A stretch of 64,000 bases of DNA from an uncultured Acidobacteriaceae bacterium (GTDB taxonomy: Bacteria > Acidobacteriota > Terriglobia > Terriglobales > Acidobacteriaceae): the NCBI GenBank assembly GCA_963840895.1, contig CAWJAR010000014.1, positions 2,306-66,305 on the forward strand, given 5' to 3'. The position numbers were made by a program, and so were the translations under genes. Positions 26,801-34,447 of the stretch are shown piece by piece. The notes below the pieces were generated by a model. That model was given only the letters and a program-made list of their open reading frames with translations, searched no databases and was not told where the DNA came from. Each line of letters begins with the position of its first letter. Position 1 is the stretch's first letter.

Positions 26801-28091
26801 GATCAACGGCATCAACGTGGGAGCCCAACCCTATTGGAACGCCGAAGCCACCATGCTCATGCACACGCGCGGCATTCTTGTAATGACACCGAAAGCCGCA
26901 ATGGTCCTTACCGGCAAGAGAGCGCTAGATTATTCAGGTGGAATCTCAGCCGAAGACAACCAGGGCATTGGCGGTTATGACCGCATCATGGGCGTTAATG
27001 GCCAGGCTCAATACTGGGCCGCAGATATCAATGATGCGTGCCAAATTCTGTTCCGCCACTACGATCACACTTACGTGATACCGGGCGAACGCTTTCCCCG
27101 TCGCGCCGAAACAACAGATCCCATCGACCGCGACGTTCAGACATTTCCTCACCGTGAAAATGGTGAAGAGGGATTCGCGTTGGTCGGCGAGATCCTGTCG
27201 GACGAAACGAACCCCGGCCGCAAGAAGCCCTTTGACATTCGTAAGGTGATGATGGCTGCGGTCGATCAAGACCATGCGCCCTTGGAACGCTGGGCGGGGA
27301 TGCGGGCTGCGGAGACCGCCGTTGTGTGGGACGCCCATTTAGGCGGCTATCCAGTATGTCTCATCGGCATTGAATCACGTTCCGTACCGCGATTAGGATT
27401 CGTCCCGGCTGATGGCCCGGATCAATGGTCGGCGGGCACTCTTTTCCCGCAGTCCTCCAAGAAAGTAGCGCGTGCCGTCAACGCCGCCAGCGGTAATCGC
27501 CCTGTCGTCGTCCTGGCGAACCTTTCAGGCTTCGACGGTTCCCCGGAATCGATGCGCCGCCTGCAACTCGAATATGGTGCCGAGATCGGCCGTGCCGTGG
27601 TGAATTTCAAAGGCCCGATCGTGTTCTGCGTGATCTCGCGCTATCACGGTGGCGCCTATGTCGTTTTCTCGGGCGCTCTGAACGACGGCCTCGAAGTGGC
27701 TGCATTGGAAGGAACCTACGCCTCCGTGATTGGAGGCGCTCCCGCTGCAGCGGTGGTGTTTGCCGGAGAAGTCGAATCGCGCACCCGCAAAGACGAACGC
27801 CTTCAGGCATTGAACCAAGCCATGCTCCAGGCGGACGCCATCGAAAAAGGCCGCCTGCGCTCGCAGTGGAACGAACTTCACGACGTCGTCTATTCCGAGA
27901 AACTTGGCGAGATGGCCAACGAGTTTGACCGCGTACACAGCGTCTACCGCGCACTGAGCGTGGGCGCTCTCAGTCACATTATTCCTCCCGCGAACCTTCG
28001 CTCGTACTTAACCGATGCGGTCGAGCGGGGCATCCGTCACGAGGAACATCCAGGAGCGAAGGAAACGCTCGAGATCGTGGAAGCAGCGTAG
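22500..28091 (+). CDS. single-chain multidomain biotin-dependent acyl-CoA carboxylase (BC-BCCP-central-CT)
   Basis: 1863-aa ORF; domains are listed in the sub-features below. Confidence 0.85.
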   Translation: MQSDFRRVAIVNRGEPAMRFIRATREFSYEQSIPLRTIALFTEPDRDGMFVREADEAFSLGAAQFMDRDALRTKSSYLDYKRLEQVLGAARADAAWVGWGFVAEHAAFADLCREMGIVFIGPSGDVMRQLGDKIAAKHLAEQSQIAVTPWSGGPVETIADALTQADRLGFPLLIKATAGGGGHGIRLVHSASQLPQAFERARAEAFKAFGDPTVFLEHMVEGARHIEVQIIADNFGTTWAAGVRDCTIQRRHQKVLEEAPSPALSVEQDEDLRAAAIRLSKAAGYSNAGTVEFLYEPHPRQFFFMEVNTRLQVEHPVTECTTGLDLVKLQIHVARGGRLTGDCPRSIGHAVEVRLNAEDPDNGFAAAPGVLERFRMGTGPGVRIDTGVAEGDSISADFDSMVAKVIAYGQTRKEALSRLHRALRESVVVLKGGASNKPFLMDLLERNEVQDGTVDVGWLDRVATEDANLCRKYADAALVQAAINAYDSELAVEQAQFYASAARGRPLVRGDIGRTLALRYHGRLYSMKTDRLGPKDYRIEVDGVRIEAHIDRLDEFECWLSVFGRRFHVVSVSQGLTSRIEVDGVSHQVDRDDGGVVHAPAPSVVVSIAVKVGDTVEVGDRLAVLEAMKMETQIVAPFSGKIRKIMTMPNVQVDAGAPLLQIEGTGGDAEAGPQKRVVFGESYTWQNTRQATCIDTLKELRQVMLGFDLDPTNSARHLEAWSQSCPAWGEDIAQHENEILSIFVDICSLFHREPEVNHRASSEEPSAESYLFSYLRMVETNAEGLPPTFVTALRHALAHYGALELDGSAELKESLLWICKSHQRMAGQTTSVLDILERRLRQAKVPGPAPSSSFRTLLDRMIAMTHELYPAVSDLAREVRYRYFDEPLFEKERDRVFTEATDNLKYLQEHPDAPDRRARLHALVECPQLLAGLFGAHFPSADNALRGAMLEVLTWRYYRNCSLRDPHSSVVGGHPYFSAHHDSEGTHTHIVAAYAEDACLATVAQALSPLIVRVPADHDVVIDFNLAHPAKLSDPDSTQREVQSMLNQVVFPRAIRRIVVSVAGPSQGPRGSALQHFTYQHDGNAYAEDPFYRGLHPMMGKRLHLWRLGNFKIDRVPSVEDVYLLHAVARDNPKDERLFAAAEVRDVTPVRDEAGGIVQLPHLERMLMEALAAIRLFQSRRRPQERLYWNRVFLYVWPPLDLKADELRNIVRRLMPATEGLGLEQVAVRARIPNPATGELRDLVVRISSPVGSGLLITFRPADKLQALKSLSEYDQKVVRVRQRGQVYPYEIIKMLTPACEDARGEFPPGDFVEYDLDAHRKLVPVDRPYGKNRANIIVGVVRNFTTRHPEGMTRVLLLGDPSRDLGALAETECRLIIGALDMAEEKGVPVEWFPISAGAKISMESGVENMDWIARVLRRLIEFTQAGGEVNLLINGINVGAQPYWNAEATMLMHTRGILVMTPKAAMVLTGKRALDYSGGISAEDNQGIGGYDRIMGVNGQAQYWAADINDACQILFRHYDHTYVIPGERFPRRAETTDPIDRDVQTFPHRENGEEGFALVGEILSDETNPGRKKPFDIRKVMMAAVDQDHAPLERWAGMRAAETAVVWDAHLGGYPVCLIGIESRSVPRLGFVPADGPDQWSAGTLFPQSSKKVARAVNAASGNRPVVVLANLSGFDGSPESMRRLQLEYGAEIGRAVVNFKGPIVFCVISRYHGGAYVVFSGALNDGLEVAALEGTYASVIGGAPAAAVVFAGEVESRTRKDERLQALNQAMLQADAIEKGRLRSQWNELHDVVYSEKLGEMANEFDRVHSVYRALSVGALSHIIPPANLRSYLTDAVERGIRHEEHPGAKETLEIVEAA
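24288..24488 (+). other. biotinyl (BCCP) domain
   Basis: VLEAMKMETQIVAP; the biotinyl-Lys629 codon is at 24384-24386. Confidence 0.85.
24507..26351 (+). other. ACC central-like region
   Basis: About 600 aa between BCCP and CT with no catalytic motif. The end, VEDVYLLHAVARDNPKDERLF, resembles the end of the eukaryotic ACC central domain. Confidence 0.45.
26352..28004 (+). other. carboxyltransferase domain (fused N and C lobes)
   Basis: LLLGDPSRDLGAL, ISAGAKI, GINVGAQPYWNAEATM, VVLANLSGFDGSPESM, GGAYVVF. Confidence 0.75.
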
Positions 28092-28122
28092 CGCCGGAAG
28101 AAAAGCGAGGGGCGAGTTCTCC

Positions 28123-28860
28123 ATGGAGCTTTACTGGCTGGAACAAACCGAATCTGACGTGCCCGCCGACGATCGTTGGCTGAGTCCGGAGGAATCGATT
28201 TGCCTTCACTCCATGCGCTTTGCCAAACGACGCAATGACTGGCGTCTTGGCCGCTGGACTGCGAAGCGAGCTCTCGTCGCCCACCTTCGGTCGCCCATCG
28301 ACATCCGTGCACTCGTGGACGTGGAAATCCACGCCGCAGAGTCTGGCGCTCCAGAAGTATTCCTCTATGGCGAGCCTGCCGACGTCGCAATTTCTCTCAG
28401 TCACCGCGCTGGCACCGCCTTATGCACGGTGGGGCCGCCAGTCAGCAACTTCGGCTGCGACCTGGAACGAATAGAACCGCGCAGCGAAGCCTTTGTAGCC
28501 GACTACTTCACAGCGGCCGAGCAAACCCTCATTGAGCGAACGAATCTGCCAGGCCGGTCACTGCTACTCGCATTGCTCTGGAGCGCCAAAGAGAGCGCTC
28601 TCAAGGCCCTGCGCGTCGGACTTCGACTTGATACCCGGAGCATCAGTGTTATCCCGGGCGCCGGTTGGTCACACGTCTGCACTGACCCAGAGGAGTGGCG
28701 CCCCTTGCAACTCCAATACGCACCCGCAGGCTGCTTCGAAGGTTGGTGGAGAACTCAACACGACCTCGTGCGAACCGTAGTCGGCGATCCCCCGTTATGT
28801 TCTCCCCTTCACGCAATCCAGAGCCACCCTCTTGCATTAACCGTGCCCTCTCCTTTCTAG
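28123..28860 (+). CDS. Sfp-type 4'-phosphopantetheinyl transferase
   Basis: FGCDLERIE (G-x-D) and LLWSAKESALKAL (W-x-x-KE-x-x-x-K). I prefer ATG 28123 with an upstream GAGGGG; the track start at 28015 would overlap the carboxylase. Confidence 0.85.
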   Translation: MELYWLEQTESDVPADDRWLSPEESICLHSMRFAKRRNDWRLGRWTAKRALVAHLRSPIDIRALVDVEIHAAESGAPEVFLYGEPADVAISLSHRAGTALCTVGPPVSNFGCDLERIEPRSEAFVADYFTAAEQTLIERTNLPGRSLLLALLWSAKESALKALRVGLRLDTRSISVIPGAGWSHVCTDPEEWRPLQLQYAPAGCFEGWWRTQHDLVRTVVGDPPLCSPLHAIQSHPLALTVPSPF

Positions 28861-28896
28861 AAAGAAAAAAGGCCGCCGGAGGTAGCTCCAGCGGCC
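28861..28896 (-). terminator. rho-independent terminator of the NHL gene (hairpin possibly bidirectional)
   Basis: Hairpin ggccgccggag-gtag-ctccagcggcc at 28871-28896. On the minus strand it is followed by TTTTTTCTTT (28861-28870). Confidence 0.6.
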
Positions 28897-28922
28897 GAAG
28901 TGCTTCGTCCTATTCTTTTCGA

Positions 28923-31900
28923 CTATTGTCCCTTGCCGGTCAGCGTTAGAACTTGTGGGCTGCCGACACTATTGTCGAATACCTTGTAGGTCGCGTTCTC
29001 AGTACCAACCTTGCTGGGGAAGAAACTTACCGTGATCTGGCAAGTCGCTCCCGGCTTCAGAGGATTGGCCGAGTTGTTCCCACAAGGCGGGTTATCGCCA
29101 TAGTTGCTGCTGAAGTCCGCGCTATTGGTTCCGAATATCTCACCACCGATAAAGTAGACATTCGTCGTCCCCACGTTGGTGATCGTAACCGTTGACGAAA
29201 CGGTTTGACCTCGCGTAACCGTCCCAAAATTCACCGTGCTGGGCGCGAACTTAATGCCGGTTCCATACCCTTGCAGAGCTACTGTCTGTGGGCTGGTCAC
29301 GTCACTATCATTTACATTGAGGGTTCCCATCGCAAAGCCAACCTTGGTGGGTTTGAAGTTGACGTTGATCACGCAGGTTCCGTTGGCAGCGATGACCAAA
29401 CTGTTGGTGCAGGTTGTGGTGCTCGCGCTACCAAACGTTCCCGTCAAAGTGATCGCCGGATTCCCCAGCGTGATCGATACACCCGTGTTGTTGGTGAGAG
29501 TTATTTTTGTATTCGCACTGGTCACGCCTACGGCCGTAGTTGCGAAGCTCACTGAGGCTGGATTGAGAGATACATTACTGATTCCCGTCCCGGTTAGCCC
29601 GATGAGCTGCGGTGACGAGGGATCGTTGTCATTGATTACCACTGAGCCCCGTTTCGCGCCTGTGGATTTCGGCCCGAAGGTCACGCCGATACTGCAACTT
29701 GCTCCCCCTGCCAGCGTGGAACCGGAAGCCGGGCAAGTGTTGGTCGCGATCGTGTAGTCCGTGGTATTGGTCGACGTGATCGCTCCCATCGTGATCGCAG
29801 TGGTTCCGCTGTTCTTTACGGTTACGGTCTTAGCCGCGCTCGTGGTTTTCACAAGTTGGTTGCCAAAGCTCAGCGGAGCGCCCGCCAGCGAAATGGCGCT
29901 TCCCAGACCTGTCAAGCTGACCGCGTTAGTCTGGCTGAAGTAGCCGTTCGAGTTGATCGTGACGTTCCCATTCAGGCTTCCTGAAGCTGTCGGCACAAAG
30001 TACACGTACATTGTGCAAACGGTTCCGTTCGCCATCGTCGACGGACAATTATCCGCCTCGCTGAAGTTAGCGCTGGTCGAAATGTTGCTGATGCTGACTG
30101 GACCGTAGGCACTCACAATAAGCGTCTCCGGTGAACTGGTGGACCCGACCGAAGTAAGTCCAAATGACAGGCTGCCGGTGCTGGTGCCCACCGCGGCAAA
30201 TGCCGAGATGCTGCGCACCCGGAAGTTGTTGTAATCCGATACCAGAACGTTGCCCGAAGGATCGAGCGCGATTCCAGTTGGTTCGTACAATGCCGCGGCT
30301 GTTGCCAAGCCGCCGTCTCCGTTGTAGCTGGCTACGCCGGTGCCCGCGATTGTCGTCATAATCCCGTTGGGACTGACCCACCGCACACGGTTAGCGTAGT
30401 CTCCGATGAAGAGGTTGTCGTTGGCATCGACGGCGATTCCTTGTGGGTAGGTAATGCCATTCGCGATCGCCAGTCCATCGCCCGTGAAGGCGCAGTTGCC
30501 GGTTCCCGCCACGGTGTTGATTACGTTTGTGGCTACATTGATCTCGCGTACCCGGCAGTTGTTGGTATCTGCGATAAAGACGTTGCCTGCGGGATCAACA
30601 GCGAGCGACGTCGGTCCGTACAGTAGCGCGCTGGTTGCTGGTCCACCGTCTCCGGAATACCCTTGCAGACCGCCAATACCGGCGATGGTTGTGATCACGC
30701 CACCGGAAACTTTACGGACAACATCCTCAACATAATCCGTAAGGTAAACATTGCCCTTGCTGTCCACGGCTATTCCGTAGGGGTTATAGAGTTCTGCACT
30801 CGTGGCAGAGCCTCCATCGCCCGTGTATCCGCACCGTGGGCTATTGTTGACCAACAAACCTGCGAACGTTGAGATCGTTCCGCCCGCGGTCACCTTGCGT
30901 ACCAGGCAATTGCTAGTATCGGCGATGTAGACGTTCCCCACGCTGTCCTTGGCAACTCCGTAGTTGTAGGTAAGCTCCGCACTGGTCGCGGCCCCTCCAT
31001 CTCCGGAGTACCCGTAGGTTCCGTTTCCAGCGAAGAAGTTCACCAATCCGCTGGACTTCACATCTTCGCGAACCATGAAATTGTGGCTGTCGTTGACGTA
31101 GACGTTCCCGGCGGAATCGTCAAAAATCCCGTAAGGATAGTTCAGCTCCACGCCCGTCGCGGGTGCGCCGCTGACCAGCGTCTCAAGATTGTAGGAGTGG
31201 TTGCCGGCCGCCAGGTTCAGGTTTCCACCGGCGGTGAAGCTGTCAATGACGTAGTTGTCGTTGTTCGCGATGTAGATTAGCCCGCTACTGGTCTCAGCAA
31301 CGTCTAACGGATAATAGAGTTGGGCGCTCGTAGCCGAGCCGCCCTCGCCGCACGTACCGGCGCAAGCAACGCCGTTACCGGCAACCGTGTTCATATTTCC
31401 ACCGACTGTGAACTGGCGGACTCGCTGGTTGTAGTAATCAGCAAACGTCACCGTGGTGCCAAGCACTGCCAGTCCAAATACCTGGTTCATCGACGCACTG
31501 GTGGCGGCTGCTCCATCCCCTGAAAAACCGCAGGTGTGGTTCCCCCCGACCGTCAGGATCTTGTTGGAGGTCTTAATCACTTCTCGGATCACGCAGTTCG
31601 AAGCGTCCGCAATAAACAGATTTGACGAACTGTCGGTCGCTAGTCCGGAAGGAGTGTACAACTCCGCGTTAAGCGCTGGGCCGCTATCGCCCGAATAACC
31701 GCAGGTGTGATTTCCAGCATAGGTCGAAATGGTGTTCGTCCCAAGAACCAGCTTGCGCACCACGCAGTTCGCCGAATCACCGATGAAAAGGTCTCCGGAG
31801 GCATCCAATGCCAAGCCCTGCGGAAAGTAAATCTGGGCGGCCGTTCCTTTCCCGCCATCACCCGAATATCCGCACGAACCCGCAATCCCTGCAATGGTCG

Positions 31901-32312
31901 TGATCGTCTTGGCGGTGTCGACTTTTCGCACCACGCAATTGCCCTGGTCCGCGATGTACACGATTCCAGTACCATCGACTGTCACTGCGAACGGATGGTA
32001 CAGGCTCGCAATTCCCGCGCCGCCTGTTACGCCGTCTCCCGCATATCCCTGTGCACCGCTGCCGGCGACCACGGAGATGGTACCGCTGGCGTTCACTTTG
32101 AATACGCGATTCTGGTTATAGGCAGCGATGTAAAAATTGCCGGAGGTGTCCACGGCAACGCCGTAGGGGTTGTAAAGGTTGGCGTTGGTGGCGGGAATGC
32201 CGTTCGGACCGCCACCAATTGCGGTGGTAATCACATCTTGCGCGACTGCGGGAAGACTCACCAGCAACGCGGCCAGCAGAAGTAGAGTCGACGAAGTGAA
32301 GCGGCGCATCAT
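28923..32312 (-). CDS. secreted NHL-repeat beta-propeller protein with C-terminal Ig-like (choice-of-anchor-D-like) repeats
   Basis: Signal peptide MMRRFTSSTLLLLAALLVSLPAVAQD. More than 10 repeats of the G(Y/F)SGDGG.AT.A.L..P.G(L/V)A.D..GN(L/V)(Y/F)IAD type. Then about 5 Ig-like modules (LSFG...VGSTS...T(V/L)TN.G). Confidence 0.8.
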   Translation of the reverse strand: MMRRFTSSTLLLLAALLVSLPAVAQDVITTAIGGGPNGIPATNANLYNPYGVAVDTSGNFYIAAYNQNRVFKVNASGTISVVAGSGAQGYAGDGVTGGAGIASLYHPFAVTVDGTGIVYIADQGNCVVRKVDTAKTITTIAGIAGSCGYSGDGGKGTAAQIYFPQGLALDASGDLFIGDSANCVVRKLVLGTNTISTYAGNHTCGYSGDSGPALNAELYTPSGLATDSSSNLFIADASNCVIREVIKTSNKILTVGGNHTCGFSGDGAAATSASMNQVFGLAVLGTTVTFADYYNQRVRQFTVGGNMNTVAGNGVACAGTCGEGGSATSAQLYYPLDVAETSSGLIYIANNDNYVIDSFTAGGNLNLAAGNHSYNLETLVSGAPATGVELNYPYGIFDDSAGNVYVNDSHNFMVREDVKSSGLVNFFAGNGTYGYSGDGGAATSAELTYNYGVAKDSVGNVYIADTSNCLVRKVTAGGTISTFAGLLVNNSPRCGYTGDGGSATSAELYNPYGIAVDSKGNVYLTDYVEDVVRKVSGGVITTIAGIGGLQGYSGDGGPATSALLYGPTSLAVDPAGNVFIADTNNCRVREINVATNVINTVAGTGNCAFTGDGLAIANGITYPQGIAVDANDNLFIGDYANRVRWVSPNGIMTTIAGTGVASYNGDGGLATAAALYEPTGIALDPSGNVLVSDYNNFRVRSISAFAAVGTSTGSLSFGLTSVGSTSSPETLIVSAYGPVSISNISTSANFSEADNCPSTMANGTVCTMYVYFVPTASGSLNGNVTINSNGYFSQTNAVSLTGLGSAISLAGAPLSFGNQLVKTTSAAKTVTVKNSGTTAITMGAITSTNTTDYTIATNTCPASGSTLAGGASCSIGVTFGPKSTGAKRGSVVINDNDPSSPQLIGLTGTGISNVSLNPASVSFATTAVGVTSANTKITLTNNTGVSITLGNPAITLTGTFGSASTTTCTNSLVIAANGTCVINVNFKPTKVGFAMGTLNVNDSDVTSPQTVALQGYGTGIKFAPSTVNFGTVTRGQTVSSTVTITNVGTTNVYFIGGEIFGTNSADFSSNYGDNPPCGNNSANPLKPGATCQITVSFFPSKVGTENATYKVFDNSVGSPQVLTLTGKGQ

Positions 32313-32369
32313 ATTTTCTCCTCAGAGGTCGTGATTTCAAGCATGTTCAGCCTGCAGCAGCTCTGCTGG

Positions 32370-32816
32370 TCAAAACACCAACGGGCGGCGGCTGATCTGC
32401 GCACCCTTCTGCCAACTTTTTCCTTTGCTGTCCTGGAAAAGAATGATCAGGTTCGGTTGGGCCGGAGGAGCCATCCATTCTCGGAACTCGCGCTTGCTTA
32501 CGGAAAACTCCTGGCTCATTTCGATGAAGTGCTGGCTCTTCCAAACCTTTACCGGCTGAAAGTTTCCGCGCAACGTCATTGCCGGAGAAGAATCCATAAG
32601 CGCGACAATCACGCTCTTTGCGTCTGCGTCACTGTGGTTGAAAAGCTTGAGGTGAAGGGTGACCTGTACCACGTCTCCTTGTTCTTGCACTCCGCTGACA
32701 TCGAAGTATCCGGAAAACTCTCGTCCGCTTTTACTGGAAGCGGCCACCGTGGCCAGAGATAGGACAGCAAGCAGGGCACAGACTACCCATGCGCGTGATG
32801 GGCGCAGCGATCGCAT
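32370..32816 (-). CDS. secreted hypothetical protein
   Basis: 148 aa with an N-terminal signal peptide (...VVCALLAVLSLATVAASS). It lies directly upstream of the NHL gene on the same strand. Confidence 0.45.
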   Translation of the reverse strand: MRSLRPSRAWVVCALLAVLSLATVAASSKSGREFSGYFDVSGVQEQGDVVQVTLHLKLFNHSDADAKSVIVALMDSSPAMTLRGNFQPVKVWKSQHFIEMSQEFSVSKREFREWMAPPAQPNLIILFQDSKGKSWQKGAQISRRPLVF

Positions 32817-33206
32817 AAAACTCCTCCTTGAATCGAATCGTTCACAACTCTGCCCGCGCCCAGGCTAGCCGCACAAAAATGCGGCTTCTCCTTTGCGAGA
32901 ACCGTTGTTTGAATTGATATTGCTGGGGCCTTACAGCTTTGGTACCTGGGAAAACGACGACCGGTACAGACTATTTTTTTAACTGGACTACGCTACTTGG
33001 TTCGTCGTCGGTGGGGGCTCGACACCCCGAGGTAGACAAGAAATCGCCTTCCCCAAGGCGGCGCAATTGTGGCCTTATCTCGGATCGTTGTCAAGATGAA
33101 GAGTTTTTCACAGTGCAAACCAGTGCAGAATGACTGCAAGCCTTGCGCGGTTTTTTGAAGCACTCGCCCCATCCTTTAGCGCACCAGGCGGGTTCGTTTA
33201 GGCATC

Positions 33207-34271
33207 TCAGGAGGAGGGTGGTAGTTGTCCAGCTTCTTCGGCGCGGTGACTGTCCACCGACAACTTGCGCAACGACAATCGTTCTCGATGGGCAAGCACG
33301 AGGCCCGTCGGGACCACTGCAGCGAACGTCACCAGCCACAGCAGAATCCCGCAACTGGCAGCCATCTCCGGAGGCACGTCAAACACGCTCGACAGCGTCG
33401 CGATAGTTGCCATCTGTGATCCGCCACCCACTGCCGGCAACTGCAGCATCGAACCGACCATGCTCGATCCCATCAGGATCAGCAACTGCGAAACGGGGAT
33501 CTCCAGCGCGTCGACACCATAGGAGTGCGTTACCTCGTGGTAGGAAAGCGCGATCAGGTACCACATCCCGACAGATACCAAACTGAGCCATAGCATCGAA
33601 GCCGGCCCGTGAATGGTGTTGAGGCCCATCCCGAACTCTCGCACCTTCTGCCCCATCTTGTGTCCAATATTCGAGGACAGGTGCGAGAATCGCCTTTCCA
33701 CCCACTGGGCAGCAGCCTCTCCGTTGCGGCCGATCAAGACCGCTCCGACAGCGGTTGCCACCACGACCGCAATCAGGAAAAATCCCGCCTCGCGAAATCG
33801 CGCATAGTATTCCGGATGCGGAATGGAAGGTAAGGCGCTGGGCAAGAAAATTGCCAGCACAATCAGGAATGCGAACGCTCCAACGTCAAAGATGCGTTCG
33901 ACTGCCCATACCGCCAACTGCGAAGAGAAGGAAAGATCGGTTCGCCTCGCTATCAAATAGGGGCGAATAAATTCACCAGCCCGACCCAATAACGCCAGCC
34001 CGGTAAAACCAACTAGCGTGGGCGACACCATTTCGATCACGGTTGTTCTTGGCCGCACCGGCTTCAGAAATATTTTCCAGCGAAGCGCCCTCATCCCGTA
34101 CCCGATGTAGATCAGTGCGATCCCGTGCAGTACGTGAATTTTCTTGATCCGATGCGTCTGACTCCAGAACGTCCCCCAATCGAAGGTTCGCCAATGCCGA
34201 TATTGGAGGTAAATCAGGATGGCCAGTATGAGGAACACTACAACGCTGGCCAGAATTCGCTTTTTATCCAT
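33207..34271 (-). CDS. flippase-like / lysylphosphatidylglycerol-synthase-TM-region family membrane protein (UPF0104)
   Basis: About 8 TM helices. The N-terminal pattern ...LILAILIYLQY...I..GYGMRALRWKIFL is typical of the family. Confidence 0.65.
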   Translation of the reverse strand: MDKKRILASVVVFLILAILIYLQYRHWRTFDWGTFWSQTHRIKKIHVLHGIALIYIGYGMRALRWKIFLKPVRPRTTVIEMVSPTLVGFTGLALLGRAGEFIRPYLIARRTDLSFSSQLAVWAVERIFDVGAFAFLIVLAIFLPSALPSIPHPEYYARFREAGFFLIAVVVATAVGAVLIGRNGEAAAQWVERRFSHLSSNIGHKMGQKVREFGMGLNTIHGPASMLWLSLVSVGMWYLIALSYHEVTHSYGVDALEIPVSQLLILMGSSMVGSMLQLPAVGGGSQMATIATLSSVFDVPPEMAASCGILLWLVTFAAVVPTGLVLAHRERLSLRKLSVDSHRAEEAGQLPPSS

Positions 34272-34447
34272 GAAGGGGGGAGAACTCCGCGCCGCAGCCC
34301 CAGCAACGCGACGCGGCAGACGGCACGTTCAAAGGTAAATGACCACGTCGAAGGGGTCAATCGATTCGAGGTGACGCGGACGATCCTTGTGTTCTTGCTC
34401 GCAGTCTGGCCGGGAAAGGGGTGCCTACGAGCCCTATAAACGCAGGC

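Noticed and set aside
32870-32900. Hairpin agccgca-caaaaa-tgcggct followed by TCTCCTTT, which looks like a plus-strand terminator.
   Set aside because: No plus-strand gene ends upstream of it. On the minus strand it lacks a U-tract. It is likely incidental or part of a 5' leader.
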